This document shows, in pieces, positions 8,188 to 17,174 of a stretch of 64,000 nucleotides of DNA. The notes beneath the pieces were generated by a model, which ran no database searches, was not told the DNA's origin, and saw only the letters and a program-made list of their open reading frames with translations. Source of the DNA: Rickettsiales bacterium (GTDB lineage: Bacteria; Pseudomonadota; Alphaproteobacteria; Rickettsiales; JABSSG01); the NCBI GenBank assembly GCA_040221415.1, contig JAVKEN010000012.1, positions 2,198 to 66,197 of the forward strand. The letters are read 5' to 3'. Position 1 is the stretch's first letter. Each line of letters opens with the position of its first letter. Both the position numbers and the translations under genes were made by a program.

Positions 8188-11100
8188 AGTATTTCATAGT
8201 TGGTAACGAAACTATTATAGAAAATAGTCATTTTGGACCTCACCACAGTTTTTACCTAAAGATTTCAATAGGCTCTCTATCAAGTGAACATCTTGCAGTT
8301 GTATGGAATAGTGACTCTGGAATATATACGAAAACTATTTCAGATTTTGGGCAGACGATGAGCTCAACAGCTCTAATTAATCCAACTAAATCTGGATACT
8401 ATCCTAAAATATCATCAAGCCAAAATGGTGAGTTCTGTATAGTTTGGAGAAGTAATGATCTTGATGGTAGCGGAGTATGGGGTCAAACCTTTAAACAAGG
8501 AGGTGACTTTTCAACCCATTTCCGTGCCAATACACATTTTCAAGATGATCAGGAGGATTCAGATGTTTCATATCTCCCAAATGGTAATTTTGTTGTTGTA
8601 TGGATGAGCTATTATCAGGATGGGGATGATGGGGGTGTTTATGGGCAGATTTTTGATCAATCAGCTAACAAAATAAGTTCTGAGTTTTTGGTTAATACAA
8701 ACACTAAAGGGATACAGTACAGACCGGCTGTCACTTCCCTACCAAACAGTAAGTTTGTAGTATCATGGCAAAGTGACCCTCTTGATGGAAACCCAACAAA
8801 CATATATGGACAGGTTTTTTCTGAGGGTGGCATCAAGATTGGATCGGAATTTAAAGCTAGTAACGTTTCAAATACAAATGAACAAGAGTCTACAATTACA
8901 TTTTTGACTGACAATAAATTTGTATTGGTGTGGCAGACTTATGGGAGAGGTGAATTCGCTGACATATATGGACAGGTTTTTGACCAAGTAGGCAATAAAA
9001 TAGGAAATGAATTTTTAGTTAATTCTGATATTAAAGGTTCGCAGTCTTTACCTTCAATATCCACACTCATGAATGATAATTTTGTTGTTGTGTGGTTAGA
9101 CAACGTTGGGGGTAATGAATATTACAGCATAAAAGGTCAGGTTTTTGATCAAGTTGCTAATAAATTAGGTGGTGCTTTTGAAGTCAAGAATTATCATGGT
9201 AGATTTTTATATTCTCCATATGCAGTTGTCTCAGCTATAGGAGCAAATGACTTTGCTGTAGTCTGGGGAGTAAAAGAGGTAGATCAAATTACTAATGATA
9301 GATATAGCTCTCTAAACATTCAGTTCTATGGAGCGTGTGATAATTTACAAAAGGTAACAGACCAAATAGACGTATTTGATTTCTCCGTATTAAGCTTCAA
9401 AGTATACGATAACCCAGAAGACATTCATATATCTTTACCTGATGGTTGGAAGGAGGTAATAGATACAAGAGATGATGGAGTTTTAGAAATAGAAGCAAAT
9501 GGCTATTTTGGTAGGTTGTATGTAAATGGAGAGACAGCAGTAGTATCCAATAGAGGTGCGGAAAGTTTTGACTGGAAAGATTTGGCTGCTGATTTTGCAT
9601 TATATAAAGGAGAAGTAAGTAAGCAATTCACTCCTGCAAAAGCATTTTATGAATATTCGATAAATTATCTTTGTGAGCATAATCCTGAGGTTAAGTATGT
9701 GGCTTTCACAGGTCATTCTTTAGGGGCAGCATTAGCAGAGATGTTGAGTGCTAAATATCAATATCCAGCTGTTACATTTGAAAGTCCTGGTGTTAAGAAG
9801 ATTTTAAAAAACAATCCAGATGAGTTTACCGCAGAAGATATTATCTATGCAGATGATAATGTGGTTACATATAATGCAGCGCCAAATTTGGTCAACACAA
9901 TGTCAGAGCATGTAGGAGAAGTTAAGAGGGCATATCCAGAGGTGGATTCGATTACTTTCAATGAAATTGATCTATTAGCATATGGAAAATCTAAAGATGT
10001 TTTACCTAAGCCTATAAAGCTACTCAAGCTAGTTGGATCTTTATTTTATCAAGTTATAAAAATTTCTGCAGAAGAAGTACTCGAAGATGTATCTAACTAC
10101 TTAAGCTATACCTTTTATAGTCAGCACCTAATTAAGAATATGATAAGTGAATTCAATTTAGAAACATCAAACCTAAAAGTAGAAGGTGAATATAAATCAT
10201 GGCCTAATGGAATTCTTGAAGGATTTGCACATTATAGACTATACGATAACAACCCTTACTACTGGAATAATGTTCTGAAATCTCTCTCCATTGGTGAATA
10301 TACAAAGAAATGGCTAATCAATGAAGTTATTAGCAAGGTAGCAGATTTAACAAAAGAAGGGGTAGTTATTAGAGGAGACGATAGTGGTAATAAGATATGG
10401 GGAACAACTAACTTTGATGACACTATAAGTAGTGGCATAGGAGATGACATAATATATTTGCATTACGGAAATGATCAAGTTGAAGATGGTGGAGGTTTTG
10501 ACAAATACATTATTCCTGCTGATATTGGTGGTAGGAAAGAGATTATAGATAATGATGTTAGAGGTATTATTAATCTCTATGATGGCAATTTAGTTGGAGA
10601 TGCAATACCCGTTATACATTCTTTATGTCCAACAGTAACGGTAAATAAAACTTACTTCCTGCATTTAGGAGAAGTTGGTTCATATTATATTACTAAAGTA
10701 GGTAATAGTGCTGAGATTACTAATGAGTGTGCCGATTCCCAACCTGAGCTAAGTAACCTAGTGACAATAGCTCCATTTACTTGGAGTAATTATGGAATAG
10801 ATAAATATGAGGGTAGCAACAAAATAGTACTTGTTGGTTCTAACGAAGATGATTATTTAGATTGTTCTGAGTGGAATCCATTAAATTTGTTTAGAGATTG
10901 TTTTATAGATACCCTAAAAGGAAATGATTTAGCCGTAGTAACAATTGGAAATAATAATGTAAGAGTTATAGGTAACGATGCTGGTATCAAAACCATAAAA
11001 CTAATAAAGGAAGAATTGGGATATAGAAGATTAAGTGAGTCTGGTAGTGGTTCTATAGATATTGTAGGAATTAAGGAAGGTGATGTATTAGACCTTACTG

Positions 11101-11606
11101 AAATACAAGATGAAATAGATGGTATAGGAAGTCAAAACGGCAGTCACTTAACAATTGCGCTAAGATCAGGATACCAGCTAACTGCTCAGATTACTTTGGG
11201 AAATCAATTTGTTAGTTTTAATATTGAAGATGGAAATATTACGACTACTGGTCAGAATATGACTGAAATGCTTGAGAATATCCAAGTAGAAATATCAAAT
11301 GCTACAATTGTGCATTTACATGCTCCTAGTCCAACTCCATCACCTAGCGCAACCGCCTCTCCTTCACCTAGTATCTCAGCCTCTGTTATACCTAGTTCTT
11401 TATCAGAAGCAGAAAGCAATGATCAAACTTTTATAGATGAATATGGAATTTATTTATATGCCGGAGTTGGAGTGCTAGGAGCAATTATGTTTATGGGTTG
11501 TGGATATATGGCATTTAGAAGTTATTGCACACATAAAACTTCAAATGACATTACAGATGCTATTCCTGCTGGGGCAACAGATCATCATGATGCAGAAATT
11601 GCTTGA
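8184..11606 (+). CDS. Multidomain protein: propeller-like repeats, class-3 lipase, RTX-like Ca-binding repeats, Pro/Ser/Thr linker and C-terminal TM anchor
   Basis: Domain evidence along the 1140 aa protein: (1) five to six ~55 aa repeats ('VW.S...DG....IYGQVFDQ.GNKIG.EFLVN'); (2) lipase elbow 'VAFTGHSLGAALAE' (~nt 9699), with 'VTFESPGVKK' and 'APNLVNTMSEHVGEV' paralogous to the 1-2197 lipase domain; (3) 'SGIGDDIIY' and 'GGGFDKYII' nonapeptide-like repeats; (4) 'PSPTPSPSATASPSPS' linker; (5) TM helix 'GIYLYAGVGVLGAIMFMGCGYMAF'. No signal peptide is visible. Confidence 0.8.
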   Translation: MKYFIVGNETIIENSHFGPHHSFYLKISIGSLSSEHLAVVWNSDSGIYTKTISDFGQTMSSTALINPTKSGYYPKISSSQNGEFCIVWRSNDLDGSGVWGQTFKQGGDFSTHFRANTHFQDDQEDSDVSYLPNGNFVVVWMSYYQDGDDGGVYGQIFDQSANKISSEFLVNTNTKGIQYRPAVTSLPNSKFVVSWQSDPLDGNPTNIYGQVFSEGGIKIGSEFKASNVSNTNEQESTITFLTDNKFVLVWQTYGRGEFADIYGQVFDQVGNKIGNEFLVNSDIKGSQSLPSISTLMNDNFVVVWLDNVGGNEYYSIKGQVFDQVANKLGGAFEVKNYHGRFLYSPYAVVSAIGANDFAVVWGVKEVDQITNDRYSSLNIQFYGACDNLQKVTDQIDVFDFSVLSFKVYDNPEDIHISLPDGWKEVIDTRDDGVLEIEANGYFGRLYVNGETAVVSNRGAESFDWKDLAADFALYKGEVSKQFTPAKAFYEYSINYLCEHNPEVKYVAFTGHSLGAALAEMLSAKYQYPAVTFESPGVKKILKNNPDEFTAEDIIYADDNVVTYNAAPNLVNTMSEHVGEVKRAYPEVDSITFNEIDLLAYGKSKDVLPKPIKLLKLVGSLFYQVIKISAEEVLEDVSNYLSYTFYSQHLIKNMISEFNLETSNLKVEGEYKSWPNGILEGFAHYRLYDNNPYYWNNVLKSLSIGEYTKKWLINEVISKVADLTKEGVVIRGDDSGNKIWGTTNFDDTISSGIGDDIIYLHYGNDQVEDGGGFDKYIIPADIGGRKEIIDNDVRGIINLYDGNLVGDAIPVIHSLCPTVTVNKTYFLHLGEVGSYYITKVGNSAEITNECADSQPELSNLVTIAPFTWSNYGIDKYEGSNKIVLVGSNEDDYLDCSEWNPLNLFRDCFIDTLKGNDLAVVTIGNNNVRVIGNDAGIKTIKLIKEELGYRRLSESGSGSIDIVGIKEGDVLDLTEIQDEIDGIGSQNGSHLTIALRSGYQLTAQITLGNQFVSFNIEDGNITTTGQNMTEMLENIQVEISNATIVHLHAPSPTPSPSATASPSPSISASVIPSSLSEAESNDQTFIDEYGIYLYAGVGVLGAIMFMGCGYMAFRSYCTHKTSNDITDAIPAGATDHHDAEIA

Positions 11607-11700
11607 TTAAACTCTTAATAAAATTCTTTTTTAGTCTTTTTTATTGCCTCATAAACGGTCGTTTTATAAACAGTGCGGATTTTGTTTTTAGTAAACTAAA

Positions 11701-12543
11701 TTACTTGTGGAAATACATCTCAATATCAGTACTTCTTGGTATGGTTTTACGATTATTTAAATCTTGAACTTCGTGGTAATCCCCTTTTTCCTTTCTTACA
11801 AAAAACTCTTCAGCAACATATTCCTCTTTGCATTTTGGACAGCGCATTAAAGTAAATTTAATTTTAGCTTTACAATCACCTTTTGCCGTTATTTGTAAAG
11901 CTTCTTTATACTCACTGATTAAATCACTATTAAGTTTATTATAAATTAAATTTAAGTCATTAATACTTTCGTGAAACGTATTCTTACTCGCTATTTTCTT
12001 GTAATAAAGATTGCATTTTTTACACATAGCTAACGACTCTAAAGTAATGAAAAGTGCCCACCCTCCCAGCAAAACACCTACAAATTTAATGACTAATAGA
12101 AAGTAACCAAATCCTCCTACTTCACCCATGTCTTGCCATTTACCACCACGCATATGTCCAACACTACTATGTGATTTCGTTACAATTACGTCTAAGTAAG
12201 TTGTGAAATCAATATAATCTGCAACTCTATTACCGCTTTCTAAAACAAAAGTTGTGTAATCCAAGTAGTAAATAAGGTACATAGTCAAAGCAGCGACCGC
12301 TGCTAATGCTATAGCATCTAAACGATCTGGCTTGATGTGGAAATACTTACAGGCTAAAAACCCTCCACTTGCACCACCCATGCCAACTAGAAATGCACCT
12401 ATTGGCAAAACAAACCAAAACATCAATGAAAAAACATTAAAATCAAACCAATTTTTTATTAATAAATTAGCTAGTGCTGTTATTACTGACGTTAATAACG
12501 CAAAAAAGATAATTTGTGTATGTTGTATTTTATTCTTATTCAC
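11701..12543 (-). CDS. Polytopic membrane protein with a C-terminal CxxC...CxxC zinc-ribbon-like domain
   Basis: 280 aa with 4-5 hydrophobic helices, followed by 'CKKCNLYY' and 'CPKCKEEY'. It overlaps the upstream rhomboid gene by 1 nt, indicating an operon. Confidence 0.5.
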   Translation of the reverse strand: MNKNKIQHTQIIFFALLTSVITALANLLIKNWFDFNVFSLMFWFVLPIGAFLVGMGGASGGFLACKYFHIKPDRLDAIALAAVAALTMYLIYYLDYTTFVLESGNRVADYIDFTTYLDVIVTKSHSSVGHMRGGKWQDMGEVGGFGYFLLVIKFVGVLLGGWALFITLESLAMCKKCNLYYKKIASKNTFHESINDLNLIYNKLNSDLISEYKEALQITAKGDCKAKIKFTLMRCPKCKEEYVAEEFFVRKEKGDYHEVQDLNNRKTIPRSTDIEMYFHK

Positions 12544-13226
12544 TACACGCTCTCAGCAAGTTTTACCAACTTTCTATCTGTATCTGCTGCCAATTCTTTC
12601 CAAGCCATAGCTGCAATTACTCCTAAGATAAAACCAAATATATGAGTCGCATTTGCTACTCTACTGTGACCATTTTCTATGAGTAAATTATATAACTGTA
12701 AAGCAATCCAAAACAATAAAAAAATATAAGAAGTAACAGATAGTTTTCTATAAAAAACTTTGGTGGTGATTACTAGATAAAGCTTTGACTTTGGAAAAAG
12801 CATTAAATATACCCCCATTAAAAATGAAATTGCACCACTGCTGCCAATAGTAGGTGTTATTGAGTTTGGGCTTAGCAGCCAGTCTCCTATAAATGCCAAT
12901 GCGCCAATAAAAATATATGTACCAACAAATAATAAAGTTCCAAACAGTCTTTCTAATGTTCTTGCAAATGTTAAAAAGAACATTACATTTCCAAATAAAT
13001 GCCAAAAATCCGCATGTAGGAATGAAGCAGTAATCAAAGTATATGAATAGACCACGGGTTTTAAGCTAAACAACATAGGTACAAATTGAAGTGGGTAATA
13101 CTCCCCAAAACTTAAATTGCCATATATTTTGTACAAAAGAAATAGCAATAATTGCAGAGAAATTAATAACACTACTCCAAATTGTATCTTCCCATGTCTT
13201 AGATTGTCTCCATATGTCAAAAACAT
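12543..13226 (-). CDS. Rhomboid-family intramembrane serine protease
   Basis: Motifs are in canonical order in a polytopic 227 aa protein: 'HADFWHLFGN' (HxxxN), 'GSSGAISFLMG' (GxSG catalytic Ser) and 'ATHIFGFILG' (catalytic His). Confidence 0.8.
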   Translation of the reverse strand: MFLTYGDNLRHGKIQFGVVLLISLQLLLFLLYKIYGNLSFGEYYPLQFVPMLFSLKPVVYSYTLITASFLHADFWHLFGNVMFFLTFARTLERLFGTLLFVGTYIFIGALAFIGDWLLSPNSITPTIGSSGAISFLMGVYLMLFPKSKLYLVITTKVFYRKLSVTSYIFLLFWIALQLYNLLIENGHSRVANATHIFGFILGVIAAMAWKELAADTDRKLVKLAESV

Positions 13227-13345
13227 TATTTATCCAGCAGCTTATTATTAAATTAGTATCTCTGCTATAAATGAAAATCAAGCTATTTGTGTAGTTATAG
13301 ACGGTGGTTTTAGATACTCATCACATAAACAACTTTTTTTGACGG

Positions 13346-13819
13346 TTAATTTATTTTTCCCAGATCTTCAATCAAATCGTCCAGAGATAACCGCTGATAT
13401 CTTCCAATCGCTAAATTAGGTAGATAAGGTTGTATACGACCTAATAACTTTTTATCTTTTGACCACACTTCTAATATACCATTCCCTATCAATTTCCTAA
13501 TAAATTTAGCTTGTTTCAGAACCATTGCTTTACAGCCGCTATGGGCATTAAAGCTTGTTTTAGTATCAAATTGGATACGATCTTCTTCAAAATTTAGACA
13601 AACAGAAACCATAACTGACTTGTTTTTTGAGCGATACTCAATTTGAATTTTTCCTTTACTATAATTAAAGGAAGAAAAGCGTAAGCTTTCATTGATATCA
13701 TTGTCGTATCCACGAATACGAAAAGATAAAACTGAGAAATCTTTAGAGAATTTCTCAAACAGTAAGTTGTTTATATTACTTAGATCCTTGTTTTTTACCC
13801 AAAATCTCTCTGAAACCAC
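13346..13819 (-). CDS. Hypothetical 157 aa protein
   Basis: Its start directly abuts the stop of the upstream 277 aa ORF (13819/13820). I recognise no motif. Confidence 0.45.
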   Translation of the reverse strand: MVSERFWVKNKDLSNINNLLFEKFSKDFSVLSFRIRGYDNDINESLRFSSFNYSKGKIQIEYRSKNKSVMVSVCLNFEEDRIQFDTKTSFNAHSGCKAMVLKQAKFIRKLIGNGILEVWSKDKKLLGRIQPYLPNLAIGRYQRLSLDDLIEDLGKIN

Positions 13820-14653
13820 CTAATTCATGTTTATGTTCTCTAAATTTGTCTTATCTGATTGAATCTTAAACTCAGACTCTATCAAATGTTCTGCCAGTAC
13901 TTTAATTAGTAGTAAAGTTTCCGTTATCCTGTGTTTATCTCTAGGTTCATCAGGATTAACTAATTTTGATTTATCATAGGCATGCGCTATAGCACACCTA
14001 CCCATTTCATATAAGTGATTACCATAATCGCTAATACCTATTGTCTTTAGATATTTAAAAGAATCTCGTGCTTCTGGTAGTTTATCCAATGATGCTTTAA
14101 TATGATCATTGATCCATTCTATTTGCTTTATACTTGAATCGAATCTTATATTTATAATTTTAAAGAACCCCAGAAACTTATAAAACACGTTATTATTTAT
14201 TAATGCCTCTCTATATAAAGCAAGAGCTAAACGGGCTTTGTGAGCTTTAGGCAATGGAATATAATCATTCTCATCAATTAGAAGAATGTGTCTGAATCGT
14301 TCTTCAGGAAGAACAAGGTTTGTTGTTGGAGGAAAAGCAGTTCTTGCGATTTGAACAAAGCCTTCTTCGTATCCAAAGTCCTCTAGCCATGAAATTGCTG
14401 ATAAAAATCGTAATGCTAGTCTCTCATTCTCTTCTTTTTCTGCAATGTCCATAGTTTTACAAGGAATAATTATTGCAGGTAAATTATTTTCTGTAATTGG
14501 CCACAAAAAAATAAGCTTGTTCTCCAAACGAAGTTTAGTCAATTTATACGGCCAACTGGCAAACTTTATATCCAGCCTTACTTCCATAATAAAGTAACAA
14601 TTATGCTCAGAAGAGGATTGATGAATTTCACGTGCTAGCTCTTCATGTTTCAT
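13820..14653 (-). CDS. Hypothetical 277 aa protein, possibly MauJ-like
   Basis: The segments 'ALALYREALINNNVFYKFLGFFKIINI' and 'GRCAIAHAYDKSKLVNPDEPRD' recall, from memory only, the MauJ-like family of unknown function. This was not verified. Confidence 0.45.
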   Translation of the reverse strand: MKHEELAREIHQSSSEHNCYFIMEVRLDIKFASWPYKLTKLRLENKLIFLWPITENNLPAIIIPCKTMDIAEKEENERLALRFLSAISWLEDFGYEEGFVQIARTAFPPTTNLVLPEERFRHILLIDENDYIPLPKAHKARLALALYREALINNNVFYKFLGFFKIINIRFDSSIKQIEWINDHIKASLDKLPEARDSFKYLKTIGISDYGNHLYEMGRCAIAHAYDKSKLVNPDEPRDKHRITETLLLIKVLAEHLIESEFKIQSDKTNLENINMN

Positions 14654-14839
14654 TTCTATAATTTTTTTATCAAATTACTTTTTCTTAAAATACATAACAT
14701 AGTCAGCAACACAAAGTATTAATATATGAACGTTTTGAAGACTGTGTAAGTATTAATATTTAAGAAGCTAGAATTTCTTATTGAAATAATTTCCAAGAGT
14801 AGTATTGCTTAAATTAAGAACTAAATAATGAGGTGAGGT

Positions 14840-16468
14840 ATGAGTAGTTATTTAAGAAGCATTAATCAAGACAGTAAAGTGGGTTTTACACCGCCAACAC
14901 CAGTACTAGGTCAAGGTTGGTCAACAGATAAACAAATGGCATCTAGCCTTAATTGTTTTGTTCCTGGTAATGTTACAACTACAGGAGGTGGAAGTAACAT
15001 AATTGAATTCAGTAACAGTCAAACTTTTGTAAAAATTCAGGAAGAGTTAAATATAGATGTATCTGAGAAAGACTCATTTGGACCATTTTCTTCTTCAGAA
15101 TCAGCTCAATATGCTCAGACAGTCCAAGATGATTTTTATTCTCAATCATTTTATTACTACGAGAAGATCTTTTTACCTACTCAAGTATTTAATATTCCAG
15201 GATATGGAAACGAATTACTAAGTCCTTTAGGAGCGGGAATGCATAATGCAAGTGTTGAAACATTCAGATTAGAGTGTGGTGATCAACTAATAACCCAAAT
15301 ACAACAAGGTATTAGTTTTTATGCTAGCTTACAAATTCAATTCGCTAGTTTGTATTATAAACAAACTTTCTCTGAACATGCTGGGGCAAGTTTTGGTAGT
15401 ATTGTAGATGTATCATCTTCTGTTAAAGAAATGGTATCTGATTATGGTCTAGAAGGATCAGTTCAACTAACAGCCTTTCAACAAGGTGGTGATCCATCTC
15501 AATTAGCTAAAACATTTAACAAAGACCCTTCTGGGGGATATTATATTACCTCATGCTCACTTAAAGATTTAGATGCATGCCAGGGAGTAGTAAATGGTAT
15601 TTTATCTTATGCACAGAATAACATACCAGGACAATCACAAAGCCCTTCACCGCTGAACTATCAGATGATAGATTTGGGTGATCTTGGAATCACTACAGGC
15701 AATACAACTGTAACTCCTGAAGTTGAAGCTGCAAGGGTATTATTAGGTGGAGTATACTTAATTCAATCAGTACAAAAAGCACAAGCTGATCATATAATAA
15801 GTTCACCATATGCGCAGTACATACCAATACTTGATCAAGTCAAAACTATCGATAGCAATCTTGATTACAATCTAGATATTATGCAGGATGATAAAACAGG
15901 TATTGCTGCTTGCTATACTAGCCCACCCACCTGTCCAACAACTGCAGCAACTATCATGAGTGAACTTAAATCCATCGATACTAACACACTAGCTATATTC
16001 ACTAACCAAAGTAGTTATGAAGTGACTGCACAATTAACCCTAGTCTATTCAAAAGATTTAGATGTACCGGAGTTTTGTAATGTTGTTCCACAATATTCAG
16101 AGGATAGCAAAAAATCAACTGCACTTATTTCTATAAATACCAATTTGTACCTAAACACAGGAGATCCAACTCAGCAAATTTCACTAACATCAGACAGTAA
16201 AGAGGTTGATTTTGATTGGGAACATTGTTATTCATCTCCCCTAAATGCTCCATTGACCAAGACTTCTCCAACAAATGTTTTTCAGTACTCTTCGCCAGAG
16301 GACAAAAATACATTTCCTGATATAGCTCCATGCTTCAAGATTGTTGTAAATGATTATAAAGAATACTGTTCTCATACCCCTATTCCTGGAGTTGGATGCA
16401 GCTTTTTTGCAGAAACAATTTATTGTGGAGGAGATATAACATTCACAGAAGTGGATAGTATGATTTGA
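14840..16468 (+). CDS. 542 aa protein, possibly a MACPF/perforin-like pore-former with a Cys-containing C-terminal domain
   Basis: A good RBS (aggtgagg) precedes the ATG. The order of elements resembles the MACPF core, but the canonical Y/W-G-T-H...GG signature is not intact. Those elements are a Ser-rich 'FGPFSSSESAQYAQ' segment followed by 'FRLECGDQLITQIQQGISFYASLQIQF'. Confidence 0.6.
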   Translation: MSSYLRSINQDSKVGFTPPTPVLGQGWSTDKQMASSLNCFVPGNVTTTGGGSNIIEFSNSQTFVKIQEELNIDVSEKDSFGPFSSSESAQYAQTVQDDFYSQSFYYYEKIFLPTQVFNIPGYGNELLSPLGAGMHNASVETFRLECGDQLITQIQQGISFYASLQIQFASLYYKQTFSEHAGASFGSIVDVSSSVKEMVSDYGLEGSVQLTAFQQGGDPSQLAKTFNKDPSGGYYITSCSLKDLDACQGVVNGILSYAQNNIPGQSQSPSPLNYQMIDLGDLGITTGNTTVTPEVEAARVLLGGVYLIQSVQKAQADHIISSPYAQYIPILDQVKTIDSNLDYNLDIMQDDKTGIAACYTSPPTCPTTAATIMSELKSIDTNTLAIFTNQSSYEVTAQLTLVYSKDLDVPEFCNVVPQYSEDSKKSTALISINTNLYLNTGDPTQQISLTSDSKEVDFDWEHCYSSPLNAPLTKTSPTNVFQYSSPEDKNTFPDIAPCFKIVVNDYKEYCSHTPIPGVGCSFFAETIYCGGDITFTEVDSMI

Positions 16469-16619
16469 TACTCTTTTATAAGAATAAAAGTTCAGAATCT
16501 TAAACTATCTCATAAACGGTCGTTTAAAATACTGTTACCCCTTGTAAGTAAATAGTTAAAATAAATTGAAATTCTATTAACTATATGTTATCTTGGAACC
16601 AAATGAGTGAGAGGCCACA

Positions 16620-17174
16620 ATGCCAACGAAAAAACCACCATCCAAAGATAAACTTCTAGCTGATGCAATTGATTTCGCAACAGATGAAATGTGGGTTCTA
16701 ATTGAAGATCCAGAAATTGATTTCACAAAAGAGTTTGAAGGGTATACTCCTGCACAGAGAGCAGCAATCTATGGGAGAATCGAGTTTCTTAAAAAATTAA
16801 AAGAGAAAGGAGTTGATGTAGTATCTAGCAAAGATGACATTAGCTTCACTCCCTTGCAGAGCATAGTTATACAAATACTTTCTGAGAGTTTCGATATTGA
16901 ACAATTCCATGACATAATATGCTTCTTGCTAGAAAATGGAGCAAGTATTGATGAAATTAAAGAACTCCTTGAAGGTTCATCCTCACATGATATCTCTGTT
17001 ATTGATAAGGTTCTAGAAGAAGCAGAGAAATGCTTTTCTAGTGAAAAACAAATGGTAGTAGATGATACCCTCCCAACAACACTAATAACGGATACTTCTG
17101 ATCTACTGCTTTCATCTAAAGCAGATCTATTGGGTTTAGAGTCTTCTTTTTCTACGGGGTTATTGCTCTACTAG
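16620..17174 (+). CDS. Ankyrin-repeat-like protein
   Basis: 'GYTPAQRAAIYGRIEFLKKLKEKGVDV' fits the ANK consensus (G.TPLH.AA..G....V..LL..GADV). A second, degenerate repeat ends in 'LLENGASI'. Confidence 0.55.
   Translation: MPTKKPPSKDKLLADAIDFATDEMWVLIEDPEIDFTKEFEGYTPAQRAAIYGRIEFLKKLKEKGVDVVSSKDDISFTPLQSIVIQILSESFDIEQFHDIICFLLENGASIDEIKELLEGSSSHDISVIDKVLEEAEKCFSSEKQMVVDDTLPTTLITDTSDLLLSSKADLLGLESSFSTGLLLY

Noticed and set aside
3247-11000. Short antisense ORFs nested in large genes: 3247-3444, 5388-5582, 6326-6616, 7349-7570, 8657-8914, 9397-9600, 9845-10027, 10259-10450
   Set aside because: All are embedded in longer ORFs with recognisable domains, and their translations are low-complexity.
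12332-13281. ORFs 12332-12610 (+), 12748-13005 (-) and 13066-13281 (-)
   Set aside because: They overlap the rhomboid and membrane-protein genes in other frames, and the rhomboid frame carries the catalytic motifs.
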